Source: Chrysomallon squamiferum (lineage: Eukaryota; Animalia; Mollusca). Taken from it: a stretch of 64,000 bases of DNA. The position numbers and the translations under genes are program-made. The notes under the pieces are model-generated. The model saw only the letters and a list, made by a program, of their open reading frames with translations. It did not search any database and was not told where the DNA came from. Of this stretch, positions 47,107 through 61,800 are shown in pieces; position 1 is the first letter of the stretch; each line of letters opens with the position of its first letter. Where the stretch lies: the NCBI GenBank assembly GCA_012295275.1, contig CM022667.1, forward strand, positions 12,400,001 to 12,464,000. Reading direction: 5' to 3'.

Positions 47107-47574
47107 TTATATATATATATAAAACTTCAAAAATCTGAAAATAATTTTGTAGGAAATAGATTGATAATTGCAGAATTTCATGTATTTTAGTCTGTCATAA
47201 TCATCATCATTATTGTTATAGTAATTACTACATGCTTTTATTATCACTACAACTGCAATAACTACTACTACTGCTACTGTTGCTACTACTGCTACTATCA
47301 CAGTTTGTTACCTTTATCATTATTAGTATTTCCAGAACATTTTAGAAATTTAGTTTGTTTATAAAATCTATTGTCTAAAAAATAAAACAACAAACAAACA
47401 AACAATTTAATTTTTCAAAAGTTTTATACAATAAAATTATATTTTTGAAAAGCTGAAAAAAGCGATTATTAAATAATAATAATAATAATATTAACAAAAA
47501 CAACAGTTAACAAAGAGTTGTCCATTTATGGTAAAATCTCTTCTAGCCCATCTCCTATAAAATCTATTGTCTAA
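37926..47574 (+). CDS. Uncharacterised coiled-coil protein, paralog A (KD-rich N-terminus); ~438 aa as assembled, ~484 aa if the 29-bp insertion is removed (ending at 48651)
   Basis: Exons 37926-38221, 38644-38686, 39169-39193, 39699-39796, 40099-40143, 40882-40938, 42212-42322, 43374-43420, 43781-43922, 44900-45082, 45799-45894, 46729-46874, 47547-(stop 47574)-47706, 48617-48651. Phases are consistent and there is exon-by-exon homology to paralog B. Confidence 0.8.
39310..39490. repeat. Degenerate minisatellite (gattagtgagaagacattg.., ~21-25 bp)
   Basis: About 7 imperfect copies, intronic. Confidence 0.75.
46385..46770 (+). repeat. Triplicated intron/exon junction of paralog A exon 12
   Basis: tacaactgacag|atacagaa..aca..ga.atgaaag..gtggagtt occurs at ~46390, ~46548 and ~46718; only the last continues as an exon. 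Confidence 0.85.
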
Positions 47575-47687
47575 AAAATAAAAACAGCTAATCTCAAGTA
47601 CCTGAAATAAAACCAGGAAGCACCTCAACTGGCAAGTCATCTGCAGAAATGAGAGGCCAACTGTATGCTGAGCTTGATCAGTGCATT

Positions 47688-48370
47688 AATAAACTCATTG
47701 AATCAAGTAGGTTTAGTAACATTTATAATATAGACAGTTTTATTGTAAACTCATTGAATCAAGTAGATTTAGTAACATTTATAATATAGACAGTTTTATT
47801 GTAAACTCATTGAATCAAGTAGGTTTAGTAACATTTATAATATACACAGTTTTATTAAATAATACACAGTTTGATTAATAAACTCATTGAATCAGTTTGA
47901 TTAAATAATAATAAACTCATTGAATCAAGTAGGTTTAGTAACATTTATAATATACACAGTTTTATTAATAAACTCATTGAATCAAGTAGGTTTAGTAACA
48001 TCTATAATATACACAGTTTTATTAATAAACTCATTGAATCAAGTACGTTTAGTAACATTTATAATAATATCTATATACACAGTTTAGTAATATCTATAAT
48101 ATACAGTTTTATTAAATAATACACAGTTTTATTAATAAACTCATTGAATCAAGTACATTTAGTAACATCTATAATATACAGTTTTATTAAATAATATAGT
48201 TTTATTAATAAACTCATTGAATCAAGTATGTTCAGTAACATTTATAATATAGTTTTGTTAGATAATAAAGTTACTGAATCAAGTATGTTTAGTTATATTT
48301 ATAATCTACATAGTTTCATTAAATAATATAGTTTTATTATAAACTCATTGAATTAAGTATGTTTAATAAT
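47688..48370 (+). repeat. Minisatellite (~56-75 bp, ~11 copies) containing the exon-13 donor of paralog A
   Basis: Repeated aaactcattgaatcaa|gtaggtttagtaacatttataatata.acagttttatt. The first copy is the real exon end. Confidence 0.9.
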
Positions 48371-49792
48371 ATTTATAATATATATAGTCTTATTTAATAA
48401 TATTTATATATATATATATTATTTTAATATACAGTTTTGTTAAATAATAAAGTTTTTTTTTAATTAAATATTTTTACATGTATATATTTTATTTTATTTC
48501 AGTATCTTTAATATTTATAATATATATAGTCTTATTTAATAATATTTATATATATATATATTTTTTTTATTTTATTTATTAAATATTATACATGTATCTA
48601 TTTTATTTAATTTCAGCTCCAAAAGATAATCGGCCATCAATGCCTCGTTAATTAAGTTCACACTTTTATACGAGTTTACACCTTCTGAAGTACTTATATA
48701 AAAATGAGTCTCACTGCAATTTGCATGCTAAACCTCATGTTTTATCTGTGAAACCTTTTACCTAAATATCTCTTTCATCTTCCTTAGTGTCTTCAGTAGG
48801 ATACCTTTTTTTAATACAGTCACGTGTATGTTCGTATCTGAGGCTGTTATCTGGTCACCTAGCTTTACTGAACACTTTGTTTGTATGGCCATCTGTTTTC
48901 ATGGGACACTTTTTTTATATGGCAACCTGTGTTCACAGGGCATTTTGTGAATATGGCCACCTGTTTTGAAAAGGCAGTTTATTTGTATGGCCATCTGTTT
49001 TAATATGGCAGTATGTTTACATGATCATGAACAACTCATTTTTTAATTTATCATATTCTCTTATAATTTAAACTCAGCTATTAATAAAATATATTATCTC
49101 CTTCGGTCCTTTGCAAGTCTTATATTGTGCAATACGGTTGTGAAATGTTCTAAAATGATAATTGTTTTTAATTTTAATTTTGTTTTTAAACTGAAATTTT
49201 TTTAAATTCTATATAAAGTCATATTTTCATCATCAGATATTGATTATAATGTGTTTTTGTTAAGCTGTGATCTGGTAAATTGCCATCTTTAAAAAGTGCA
49301 ATACAATCTTTTTCTAATATTGTTTTCTTTTACATGATGGTAAAAATATTTACAATTTCAGTTGTCTCTTATTTGTTGTTAATTTTGTTATTATTATTTT
49401 TTTTTGTTGTTGTTTTCAAATATATATATTTTAAATTAACATTTCAATCATGATCATGTGTGAGTTTATAGAATTTTAAAATTTTTAAAATTGTTTAAGC
49501 TATAATTATCATAATTTTTATACAAAATGTTTCGCAGTAGTCTTTTTTTATTATTATTATTATTATATTATGATAAAAATAAATCATGTTTTATTTATAA
49601 TAACTAAGTTTAAATAAGTTAGTTTAAAAAATGTTTATTTTGTTTATATATATATATTATATATATATATATACACACATACATCTTTTTGTTATGTTAT
49701 TAAAAGAAAGCAAAGGCTTGATAAGCTAATGCCTTTAAGTCATGGTTTAAAATAATTAGATTAAAATGTCTATTTTATTATTAATTATTTTA

Positions 49793-49849
<57 letters not shown>

Positions 49850-50768
49850 TCTTGTAAAGGGATGTTAAATTGTTTTATTTTGTTTATTATTTTTTTATGT
49901 AATTTTTTTTTCTCATTCCCCATTTTTCATGAGCACAGATCAAAACAGACTGCTACTTTTGCTATATTCATTAATTCTTTAAATAAATACTACTAATATC
50001 CATTTTAAATTTGTTTAAACTTCCTTTTCTGTATTTAAATAAATAATTATAAAATTTATTTTAATGAGAATATTGTTGACAATTTTGTTTTTATATCTTT
50101 TTAAGTTTTTCATTTATACTAAGTATTGATCATATTTAGTGTGTTACATTGTTTTTTGAGACCAAAGAAATTTTAAAATTTTAGATATATAATTTTACTA
50201 ATATTTCACGTTGTGTTATTTAACTTGTTGTTATTTATTACTTTTTCAATGGTGCTATATTTTAGCAATGAAATAGTTTATAAAATATTGTTCTCGTATT
50301 TTTTGTTTTTATAAATGTAATTGCTTCATAAAGAGACAAGCACATTGTTTTATAAAACTAATATTAACTAATTTTGTTACTGTTATATGCATTTTATTAA
50401 TAATTATTAAGTTAATTTTAATGCAAATATATTTATTTTTATAAGTTTTGTTTTTGTCTTGTTTCTTTCGAATTATAGCACTCTTTAGTGCTACAAACAC
50501 AGACGTACTCACATTATCACCATTGTTTTCCATTCAAGAAGCCACAAAGGATTGCAGTCCACAAATCTATTTGAAATCTTTGAAATATAAATATTCATAT
50601 ATTGATTCAAACTTTGTAACTCAACAATAATAATAATAAATCACACTGTGCATTTATTTTTAAAATAAAAAAAATAATTAGAACGACTGTCAATAAAATA
50701 AATGTCGAAATCAAGAAAGATAACTCTTACAGAAGGCTGCCAACATGAAATGTTAATACAATTACATA

Positions 50769-50852
<84 letters not shown>

Positions 50853-51878
50853 AAAAGCAACATCTTTTTATCTAGCGATAATACTTCACACTGACTAGCG
50901 ATTGGTAACATTCTTCACTAATTGTATAGATTTTAATAATAATAAAATCAAAAATAATATAAATTTATAAAGTGTATGGTGAAATTCCAATATGTTTATT
51001 GTAGAAGTTCGTTAGCGATGCAGATATTAAGCAAATCAACATCTGACTGGAGCAGACGATCTAGAATGTTCTGTTATCTGTCCAAGATCGAAAGAAAGTA
51101 CAGAAACCTTACACGTTTCCAGTTAAACTTTGCAAATTATGAATAGTAACGCAAGCTATCATCTGATCACGATCCACTGAAAAACATATAACAATACTAC
51201 TACTACTACTACTAATAATTAATAGCGGTATTAAAACAAACTGCATTAGAGTATTCTCCCTTGATATAGCCATGCCAACCGGATGTAAAACGCTATCAAA
51301 CCGTTGATCTTGACGTTGTCTTTTGATCCGTAAATCTGAATTCGGTCGTTGCATTTCGCTGGCTAACCGAGCGTTCAAAAGGGCGAACGGGAAAAACGTA
51401 ACAGAAAATAAAGAACAGCACGTTTTCCCGCATTTTCATTCAGGTAGGTTTCAAAGAGCATCAGAACGTATAATTAAAGTTAAGATTATTAATTTAATTT
51501 TTGTTTGTTGTATTAATATTTTAATTTTTAAACTCAGTACATCCACACAAACACAGAGAAGTATGATCTTTCAGTTCTCCAGTAGTCAGATGTTACAATC
51601 CCTAACAATAATTTCCAGGTTTATATTTAATAATAATTTGTTATTTCTTTTGTGATATTATGTTTGGTTGTTTTCTTGTTGTTTTGTTGTTGTTGTTTTC
51701 TTTTCTTTCTTTCTTTCTTTTTTATTTATTTATTAAAGAAATAGGTCCAAACTGCCTATATAAATGTTTTTCTGTCTTGCAAACTGATACCTGTAATTAT
51801 GTTTTTTTTTTTTTTTTTTTAAATCACATTACTTACTATTTAGTGGGATTAGTAATTAATGTGAATATAATTTTCAGG

Positions 51879-53336
51879 ATGTCTGCAAACCAAGCTGCCA
51901 AAAGGTTAAAGCCAAAAGACCCATCAAAGGACAGAAGTCGAACTAGAAGCCAAAGCAAGAACCGAGGTTCATCGCGAGAAAAAGGCCATGATAAATCAAA
52001 AGACAGAACAGGAGAGAAAATAAGAAGCAAGTCTCGAGACAGAGTTAGCGAGAAGTCGAAAGTGAGTGAGAAATCAAAACTAAGTGGCAAATCCAAGGCT
52101 AGTGACAAGTCCAAGGCTAGTGACAAGTCCAGGGCTAGTGACAAGTCTAAGACTAGTGAGAAGTCTAAGTCAAGTAATAAGTCCAAAGCAAGCTTGAAGT
52201 CCAGGGATAAGTTAGGTGACAAGTCACAAGACTCGTCTAAGGATAAATCAAAGGAGAGGTCTCGATCTAAGTCTCGTGAAAGATCAAAAGACAAATCACC
52301 AGAGAAAACGCGAGACAGATCCAAGGACAGAAGTTCAGACCGAGCACGATCCAGAAAGAAGGAAAAACAACCGAAAACAAGTTCCAGCAAAGAGGCAATT
52401 AAATGTGTAAGTTCTTCTTCTTTTTCTCCGTTTTCTTCTTCTTTGTCTTCTTGTTTATCTTTTTCTTTTCCTTTTTTCTTCTTTTTTTTCATCTTTTTTC
52501 TTCTTCGTCTTTGTCTTCTTCTTCTTCTTCATCATCTTCATCTTTTTCTTTTCTTCTTAAACATATATATTACATATTTTTGAAATGTCTAAAATTTGTA
52601 TATCCATTATAAACTTTCCAAAAATCTATAATTTGTATAAACACTCCTTATGTATCTTTTAAAAATCAAAAACTTGCTCATACATGCTATGCATTTCTAA
52701 ACATCCAAAAGTTGAACATACATGTTATATGTTTTCTAAAGATCTAAACCTTGCATGTAAGTTATATGTTTTCTAAAGGTCTAAAACTTGCACATACATG
52801 TTATATGTTTTCTAAAGATCTATAACTTGCACATACATGTTATATGTTTTCTAAAGATTTAAAACTTGCACATACATGTTACATGTTTTCTAAAGATCTA
52901 AAACTTGCACACACATGTTATATGTTTTCTAAAGATACAAAACTTGCACATACATGTTATATGTTTTCAAAAGATATAAAACTTGTACAGACATGTTATA
53001 TGTTTTCTAAAGATCTAAAACTTGCACATACATGTTATGCATTTCCAGAAAAGTGAAGTAACCAAGGTTGATGCTGGTGGTGATAGTGAGTAGCATATTT
53101 ATATATATATATATATATAAAAAAAAACATATACTCTTAAAATTTAAAAACATCACAAAAGTTAATGTTTCCCAAAACATCAGCAGTTACATTTTATCTC
53201 ATATTATTTTTTAAATTTAGTTATAGACTGCTGAGGTGTGTTAATTTTTCTCACAACAACAGTTGCTTTCTTTTTTAATTAGAAATCATTTAAGATTTAG
53301 GCTAAAAGAAGAATTTTCATTGTCATCTTCTTCATC

Positions 53337-53377
<41 letters not shown>

Positions 53378-54929
53378 TACAGTTTTTGTTGTTGTTCTTA
53401 TATTATTGCAGGAGAATCTCTTATACTTTTTCATTGTACAATTTCATCCAAATAAATAAACCTACACATTTAATCAAATATGAATTTCATTAGATTTTTA
53501 TTAATTTTTTTATTAGATTTTTTTTTTTCCAGTGAAAGCCTCTTTTTCTGCTCCAGCTACAATGGCAGGTTTGGACACTTCCCCACTCGAGGCATTTGAA
53601 TTAGGCGGTGAATGGAACCTTCTAGAAGACATTGCCAAACATTTCCGTCCAAAAGAAGAGTACCAAGATTTGGTTCACATATTTGTAATTATCTCTTTTT
53701 TTTTTTTTTTTTTTTTTTTTTCAAAACTCTTTTTGGCCATGTAATTAACTTCCTTTTTGTTGACCAAACCTTTGCAAGACTTATGCATATTTTTGTACTT
53801 TATTTCCATTTGTCCGAAAATATACGGTATTTTAATTGCAAATCTATTTACATATTGGTATTTTTAATTATCTCCCTTTATCTGTTTGCATTAAAATTAA
53901 TTTTTGAACAATCTAAATTTCTAATTACTAAAATTTGAATTTTTTTTTTTTTAGGATAAAACTGAACATGATAGCAGAGCTGAAAAAGCACAAACGGTAA
54001 GAATGAAAAAAATAAAAATAAACTTTTAACAAGTAGTGATCAGAGTTCTCCATCTCTCTACATATTTCCACCATTTTGTTAGATCTAATAATGATCTTGT
54101 ATCCACGAATATTGCAGTGTTCTGCCATTCCATGACAGAGCAGCAGCAGTTTGGACTCCTTAGAAAATGAATATCTGCCATTATTCCATCACCATTTCTG
54201 CATTGTTATTGGCTGATTACCATTTGAGAGATGTCATTCCTGCATAGTATCTCATAATGACAAAGTTTTATGATATGAAAACTATAGATCTGAAGACAAT
54301 AGAACATACAGTCAAGAATGTTATTCACAGGTTTTGGCTAGACAAGAAGGACACTTTCAAATGCTGGATCCATAAACTCAGTGAATCATGTGTTGTGATA
54401 TGTGATTGGTTAGACAAAATTAAATATGGATGAAAAGGGAAGTGCCTACTGGAAAGATATGCTTCTAATCCTGTGCATAGAAAGATATGAACTGATAGGC
54501 AATCCACTGCACTATTTTTGAGTTTTTCTGGATCTATGGTGGATGGCACTCAGATTGGTGATGATCCTGTTCCAGTGTACATCTCCACCAATTATTATAA
54601 TGTGCAGAATATATATATATATATATATATATCTACTCATATTACTACAATGTGCAGAATGTGTATACATCTCTACTCATAATGTGCAGAACGTATATAT
54701 ATATATATATATTTACTCATATTATCACAATGTACAGAATGTGTACATATCTACTCTTATTATTATAATGTGCAGAAGGTGTATATATATCTCTACTCAT
54801 AAAATTTGAATGTTTTTGTTAATTTTTTTATTTTTTCTGTTTTTTTATTTATTATTAAGATACATATTTATTTCTGTATTGGTGGTAACAGGACAGGAAT
54901 CTAAATACTGAAAAAAGTATTTATTGTTA

Positions 54930-54984
<55 letters not shown>

Positions 54985-57469
54985 CACTAGTTTTTGTATT
55001 CATCTTTCAAACATTTTTTATTTATTTATCTTATTTTTCGTTTAATTTTTACATTTTAAAAAATGTATTTGTCCTATTTGACGACATTATATTATTTCTT
55101 TCTGAAATAAGAACAGTATATATATATATATATTAATTTTTTTTTGCAGTCTATGGTAGAAAAGTTAAAATATGCCACAGATCATTTATCACTCATTGGA
55201 TACGAGGTAAGACTTACATGAAATCCTCTTGAACATGATGTATCAGGGGTGTTTTTTGGTGAGAAACACTTGATAAAACATCCTCAAATTAAACTACTCT
55301 TCTCTCTACAAGTGATTTGAAAGTTTTAATTCATTGTTGAAACAGTTAGTGAAGCTTGTTAACTAAATTTACAAGTGATTTATTTTATGAAAAAAAAAAA
55401 CCAAAAATACCAGTGCCCTACCTCCAAAAATACTAGTGCCTTAGGACCAAACATACAAGTTCCTTACCATAAAACGTACAGTGACTTACTCTCACATATA
55501 CTAGTGTTCTATGACCAAACATACAATAACCTCATTTTCAAGTACACAACTGTTCTACCACCAAGCATACCAGAGCCTCACTTTCAAGTATACTAATGTT
55601 TTACCATCAGACATTTCAGAGCCTTATTTTCACTTATACTAGTGTTTTACCACCAAACATATTAGAGCCTTTCTTTCAAGTTTAGTAGTTTTTAACCGCC
55701 AAAGATATCAGAGCTTCACTCTCAAGTATACTAGTGTTCTACCACCAAACATATCATAGCCTTTCTTTCAAGTTTAGTAGTGTTTTACCACCAAACATAT
55801 CAGAGCCTTATTTTCAAGTATACTAGTGTTTTACCACCAAACATATCAGAGCTTTATTTTCAAGTATACTAGTATTTTACCACCAAACATATCATAGCCT
55901 TTCTTTCAAGTTTAGTAGTGTTTTACCACCAAACATATCAGAGCCTTACTTTTGAGTGTTCTAGTGTTTTACCACCAAACATATCATAGCCTTTCTTTCA
56001 AGTTTAGTAGTGTTTTACCACCAAACATATCATAGCCTTTCTTTCAAGTTTAGTAGTGTTTTACCACCAAACATATCATAGCCTTTCTTTCAAGTTTAGT
56101 AGTGTTTTACCATCAAACATATCAGAGCTTTACTTTCAAGTATACTAGTGTTTTACCACCAAACATAAGAGAGCTTCACTTTCAAGTATACTAGTGTTCT
56201 ACCACCAAACATAAGAAAACCTTACTTTCAGCTGATGACAGAGAATTAAGGAGTGTAATGTAAACTGTTTGTTTTTATTTCAGCTAACTGGAGCCCAGCA
56301 GCTTCTGATTTCATGTGACGCTGATCTGAATTTGTTCAAGAATGATATAAAGATTTTGAAAAAAGCACACACATCTTCTATTTCCAAACAGTCTGTATGT
56401 ATGTCTTGTGTTAATTGTTACACTAAGTAATTATTTATTTGTACTTGAGCTGAATCAACCCCCACCTGTAAACAGATGATAAGTATGTCTTGTAATCATA
56501 TTAGTAATCATTTATTCATACTTCATTATAAAATAAAACAAATCATCTCTTTACAAACAGACAGTATATACTGTCTTGCATTGACTGATATATTTAATAA
56601 TCATTTATTTATGCTGCATTTTAAGTGAAAGAAAAAAATGCATGTAAACAGAAGATATGCTTTGTTATTACTGTCAGCAAAAACTGGTTGTCCAAAATTA
56701 ATAAACCAACAGTTTAAAATATTATTTTATTTTAATGTTTGAAATATACTTTATTACTGGTTGCAAGGAATAAACAAAATAATAGTTTTAGAATTTTATT
56801 TTATTTGTGAATATATTTTAATATCAAGAATAACTGGTATGTATTGCTGGTATGTATTCAACAAAATAAAAACGTATTTGATGGTATGCAAGTTTTGAAC
56901 CATCACTGATTCATTTAAAACTGATGTTGACAATCTCTTGTACTTGTTAATGCTATTTTTTTTTGCAGGACAGAGATAAGAAACAACTAGAAGAGATAGA
57001 ACAATTAGAAAAAGAGTAAGTTTGTGATAAACGAAAACTGAGATGAGACAAGAAATTGAAGTGTTAGAAAGATTGATACCTGACTTATAAATACTTGTTA
57101 ATATTTAACATATATATTCACACACACAAATAATATTAGAATTAAGGTTTGCAGTAAATGACAAAAAAAAAAAAAAAAGTTTTTACATGTTCTTTGCACA
57201 ACCATGTTTTGTTTTACTGAATTTTCCTCCCATCCAGTCTTATATTAAAATAAAAGAGGCAAAACAAAAAACAGAATTTAAAATATTACAGCATCACCAT
57301 TTTTATGAAGTCTCGATGTCACTGGACCAGTATGCTTTCAAGGTATAACAGTGAAAAAAAAAAAAAAAACGAGAGGAAAAAAAGTCCACCATGTTTGTAA
57401 TAATTATGTTATGACTCCAGTTCATAAGGAGCAAAATGGTAGCATTCAGATATTGTTTTGTCATATTTT

Positions 57470-57516
<47 letters not shown>

Positions 57517-58817
57517 TTTAAATACTAATAATAATAACTACAGATTTTAAGACTTCTTTTTTCTTATTGCAGTTATACTTTAATTTAAAACAAAATTCTA
57601 ATTTCAGATTTTTATTAATGTAACTTTTTGACAGACCCATATAGCTAAATTATAGCATTTATTACCATACTATTTACTATAATAGTATTAGTAAAATTAT
57701 ATAATATTTTGATTATGATATTAGTATTATTAGTAGTAGTAGTAGTAGTAGTAGTATTTTAAACACCATAAAATTACATTTGATTAGTAGTATTATTACA
57801 TTTTAAAATCTTTATTACATAATATTGCCTACTTTGTTTTATTTTGTAAAATCTATGTATGGTATTAAAAAGTATATTTATAAAATTATATAAATTGAGA
57901 TATTTAAAAACTATTGTTTGTCATTATTTTACTCATTTAAAAATATGGTACAGATATTTTTATATAATTACATAATGACTTTATAATATTACTAAGTATA
58001 TTTATATAATCACATTTTTATTCAAAAACTATTACCTTACATATACATTATATAGGATATTTATAAAATTACATAATATCTTTTATTAAATTTCATTTTT
58101 TTTTTTTTTTAATGTTTTTCTCTGTGTATTCAGGGAGCTATATTTTATTCATGTACAAATCTAGTATTGGAGTATATTTTGTAAATAATGTATGTATAAA
58201 TGTATTAACTGTGCAGATTAGAAGATTATGGAGAAGAAAGTCTTAATCTGCAGAGGAAACTGGATGTTCTGGAACAAGCCAAAGAGGCTGAATCAAGTGA
58301 TGCCATCATTAACGCATACGAAAGATTCAACAAAATGTTGGAGGAACTTAAACTGCAGAGCAGACATGTATGTTTTTGGTTTTTGTTATTTTTGACATAG
58401 TCATTGTTTGTTGTAAACCTCTTTTGTTTTATTTAATTTTATTTAATTTTATTTTTTTTTTTATTTTATTTTATTTTATTTATTTTATTTATTTTATTTT
58501 ATTTTATTTTATTTTATTTTATTTATTTATTTAATATTATTTAATTTTATTGTATTTATTTATTTATTTATTTATTTTATTTATTTATTATTTTATTTAT
58601 TTAATATTATTTTATTTTATTTTATTTATTTATTTAATATTATTTTATTTTATTTTATTTAGTTATTTATTTTATTTATTTATTTTATTTTATTTTATTT
58701 ATTTTATTTTATTTTATTGTATTTAGTTATAATTTTATTGTATTGTATTTATTTATATATTTATTATTATTATTATTATTTTTTTTAATTTATTTTAATT
58801 TTATTTACTGCATTATT

Positions 58818-58869
<52 letters not shown>

Positions 58870-61800
58870 CATTGTCAGTATGATTGTAATACTAGCAGTA
58901 ACAGTACTAAAAAATGCTAAAAAAAAATGTATGATGATTTAATTTGTTAGAGAATAAATAATCTATAAAACAGTGGAACTCTTTTTACTAGTACTGAAAT
59001 TTATAATGATGATTTATATCATGTGTTACAGATTAAATAATCTGCACTCTTGTTACTAGTAATAGTACTGAAATTTATAATGATGATTTATATCATGTGT
59101 TACAGATTAAATAATCTGCACTCTTGTTACTAGTAATAGTACTGAAATTTATAATGATGATTTATATCATGTGTTACAGATTAAATAATCTGCACTCTTG
59201 TTACTAGTAATAGTACTGAAATTTATAATGATGATTTATATCATGTGTTACAGATTAAATAATCTGCAGCTCTTCTTACTAGTAATAGTACTGAAATTTA
59301 TAATGATGATTTATATCATGTGTTACAGATTAAATAATCTACACTCTTCTTACTAGTAATAGTACTGAAATTTATAATGATGATTTATATCATGTGTTAC
59401 AGATTAAATAATCTACACTCTTCTTACTAGTAATAGTACTGAAATTTATAATGATGATTTATATCATGTGTTACAGATTAAATAATCTGCACTCTTCTTA
59501 CTAGTAATAGTACTGAAATTTATAATGATGATTTATATCATGTGTTACAGATTAAATAATCTGCACTCTTCTTACTAGTAATAGTACTGAAATTTATAAT
59601 GATGATTTATATCATGTGTTACAGATTAAATAATCTGCACTCTTCTTACTAGTAATAGTACTGAAATTTATAATGATGATTTATATCATGTGTTACAGAT
59701 TAAATAATCTGCACTCTTGTTACTAGTAATAGTACTGAAATTTATAATGATGATTTATATCATGTGTCTTACAGATTAAATAATCTGCACTCTTCTTACT
59801 AGTAATAGTACTGAAATTTATAATGATGATTTATATCATGTGTTACAGATTAAATAATCTGCACTCTTCTTACTAGTAATAGTACTGAAATTTATAATGA
59901 TTATTTATATCATGTGTTACAGATTAAATAATCTACACTCTTCTTATTAGTAATAGTACTGAAATTTATAATGATTATTTATATCATGTGTTACAGATTA
60001 AATAATCTACACTCTTCTTACTAGTAATAGTACTGAAATTTATAATGATGATTTACATCATGTGTTACAGATTAAATAATCTACACTCTTGTTACTAGTA
60101 ATAGTACTGAAATTTATAATGATGATTTATATCATGTGTTACAGATTAAATAATCTGCACTCTTCTTACTAGTAATAGTACTGAAATTTATAATGATGAT
60201 TTATATCATGTGTTACAGATTAAATAATCTGCACTCTTCTTACTAGTAATAGTACTGAAATTTATAATGATGATTTATATCATGTGTTACAGATTAAATA
60301 ATCTGCACTCTTGTTACTAGTAATAGTACTGAAATTTATAATGATGATTTATATCATGTGTTACAGATTAAATAATCTGCACTCTTCTTACTAGTAATAG
60401 TACTGAAATTTATAATGATGATTTATATCATGTGTTACAGATTAAATAATCTGCACTCTTCTTACTAGTAATAGTACTGAAATTTATAATGATGATTTAT
60501 ATCATGTGTTACAGATTAAATAATCTACACTCTTCTTACTAGTAATAGTACTGAAATTTATAATGATGATTTATATCATGTGTTACAGATTAAATAATCT
60601 ACACTCTTCTTACTAGTAATAGTACTGAAATTTATAATGATGATTTATATCATGTGTTACAGATTAAATAATCTGCACTCTTCTTACTAGTAATAGTACT
60701 GAAATTTATAATGATGATTTATATCATGTGTTACAGATTAAATAATCTACACTCTTCTTACTAGTAATAGTACTGAAATTTATAATGATGATTTATATCT
60801 TGTGTTACAGAACAAAGAGTCTGTAGAACAGTGGAACAACAGCATAACTCAAGTGGCTGAATACATACAGAATGAGATGGAGAAGTGTGAGAGTAGGAGT
60901 GCAGAACTTGAAGCTGATATGGAAAGACTTTTTGGAGAACACAAATTCCTCATGAATCTAGTAGGAGGCCCCTCTTCTTCAGGAAGAAAGGTATCCATTT
61001 AACAGAAACGAATTATTCATAAATTGTAAAATGTTTTATGTGGCTTTAAGTTTTTAAGTTAGCAGAAACAGTTTAAGAAATATATTTTAGTGAAATTATA
61101 ATTTAAAACATTTTTTTTGTTAATTTTTTGATTTGTTACTCAAATCTTTTTGTTGACATAAAATATTTAATGGATATTTTCTAAATTACTTTATATAAAG
61201 AAGATCCTCAAATGAACTCATATTGGTTTGTCTGTTATTATTATTATTATTATTATTGTTGAAATACATGCAGAAGGAATAAATTTAATTCATGTGAGAA
61301 AAAAAACCAGTTATATTTATTTACAGTTAATTCCTCAGCTGTCCACAAATGTAAGAATGCTTTCAAAAGGATTGATTTCTATGACATATTAATAAATAAT
61401 TCATTTTTCAAAAAATTATTTTGTACAATGATAATGAGTAGCATATTTCTGAAATCATTCTTCTTATTATTATTAATTTTTTTTTTTTTTTATTTTTTTC
61501 TTTACCAGTCATCATTTCTGGAACACACACCTAGAACTTCAGTAAGTTTAATGCACAAACATAAAAAAAAAACACACAAATATATATTCTCAGACATAAA
61601 TAAACATGTTTGCATATGGACACACAGACCTGTGTGTGTGTGTGTGGGTGTATGTGTGTTTGTTGCATTATAGGTATTCAGATATATGTACATACCTAAT
61701 ACATACATACACACAGACATGTACACAAGAATTATTTTTTAATTCCACATGTTACTGAGGTAAATGTTAATATGTAGGTGATACAAACTACGAGAAGGGA

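Noticed and set aside
48815-49030. Repeated tatggcca(t/c)ctgtttt motif, MITE-like (also 6800-6875)
   Set aside because: Terminal inverted repeats and target-site duplication could not be established.
51836-52492. 218-aa minus-strand ORF with LDLSLA repeats (also antisense ORFs at 28232-28950)
   Set aside because: Antisense shadows of real plus-strand exons.
52844-53056. ORF with a repeating MFSKDLKLAHTCY peptide
   Set aside because: Product of a 39-bp intronic minisatellite.
58985-60810. CRISPR-like array
   Set aside because: Head-to-tail near-identical units with no unique spacers, inside a eukaryotic intron.
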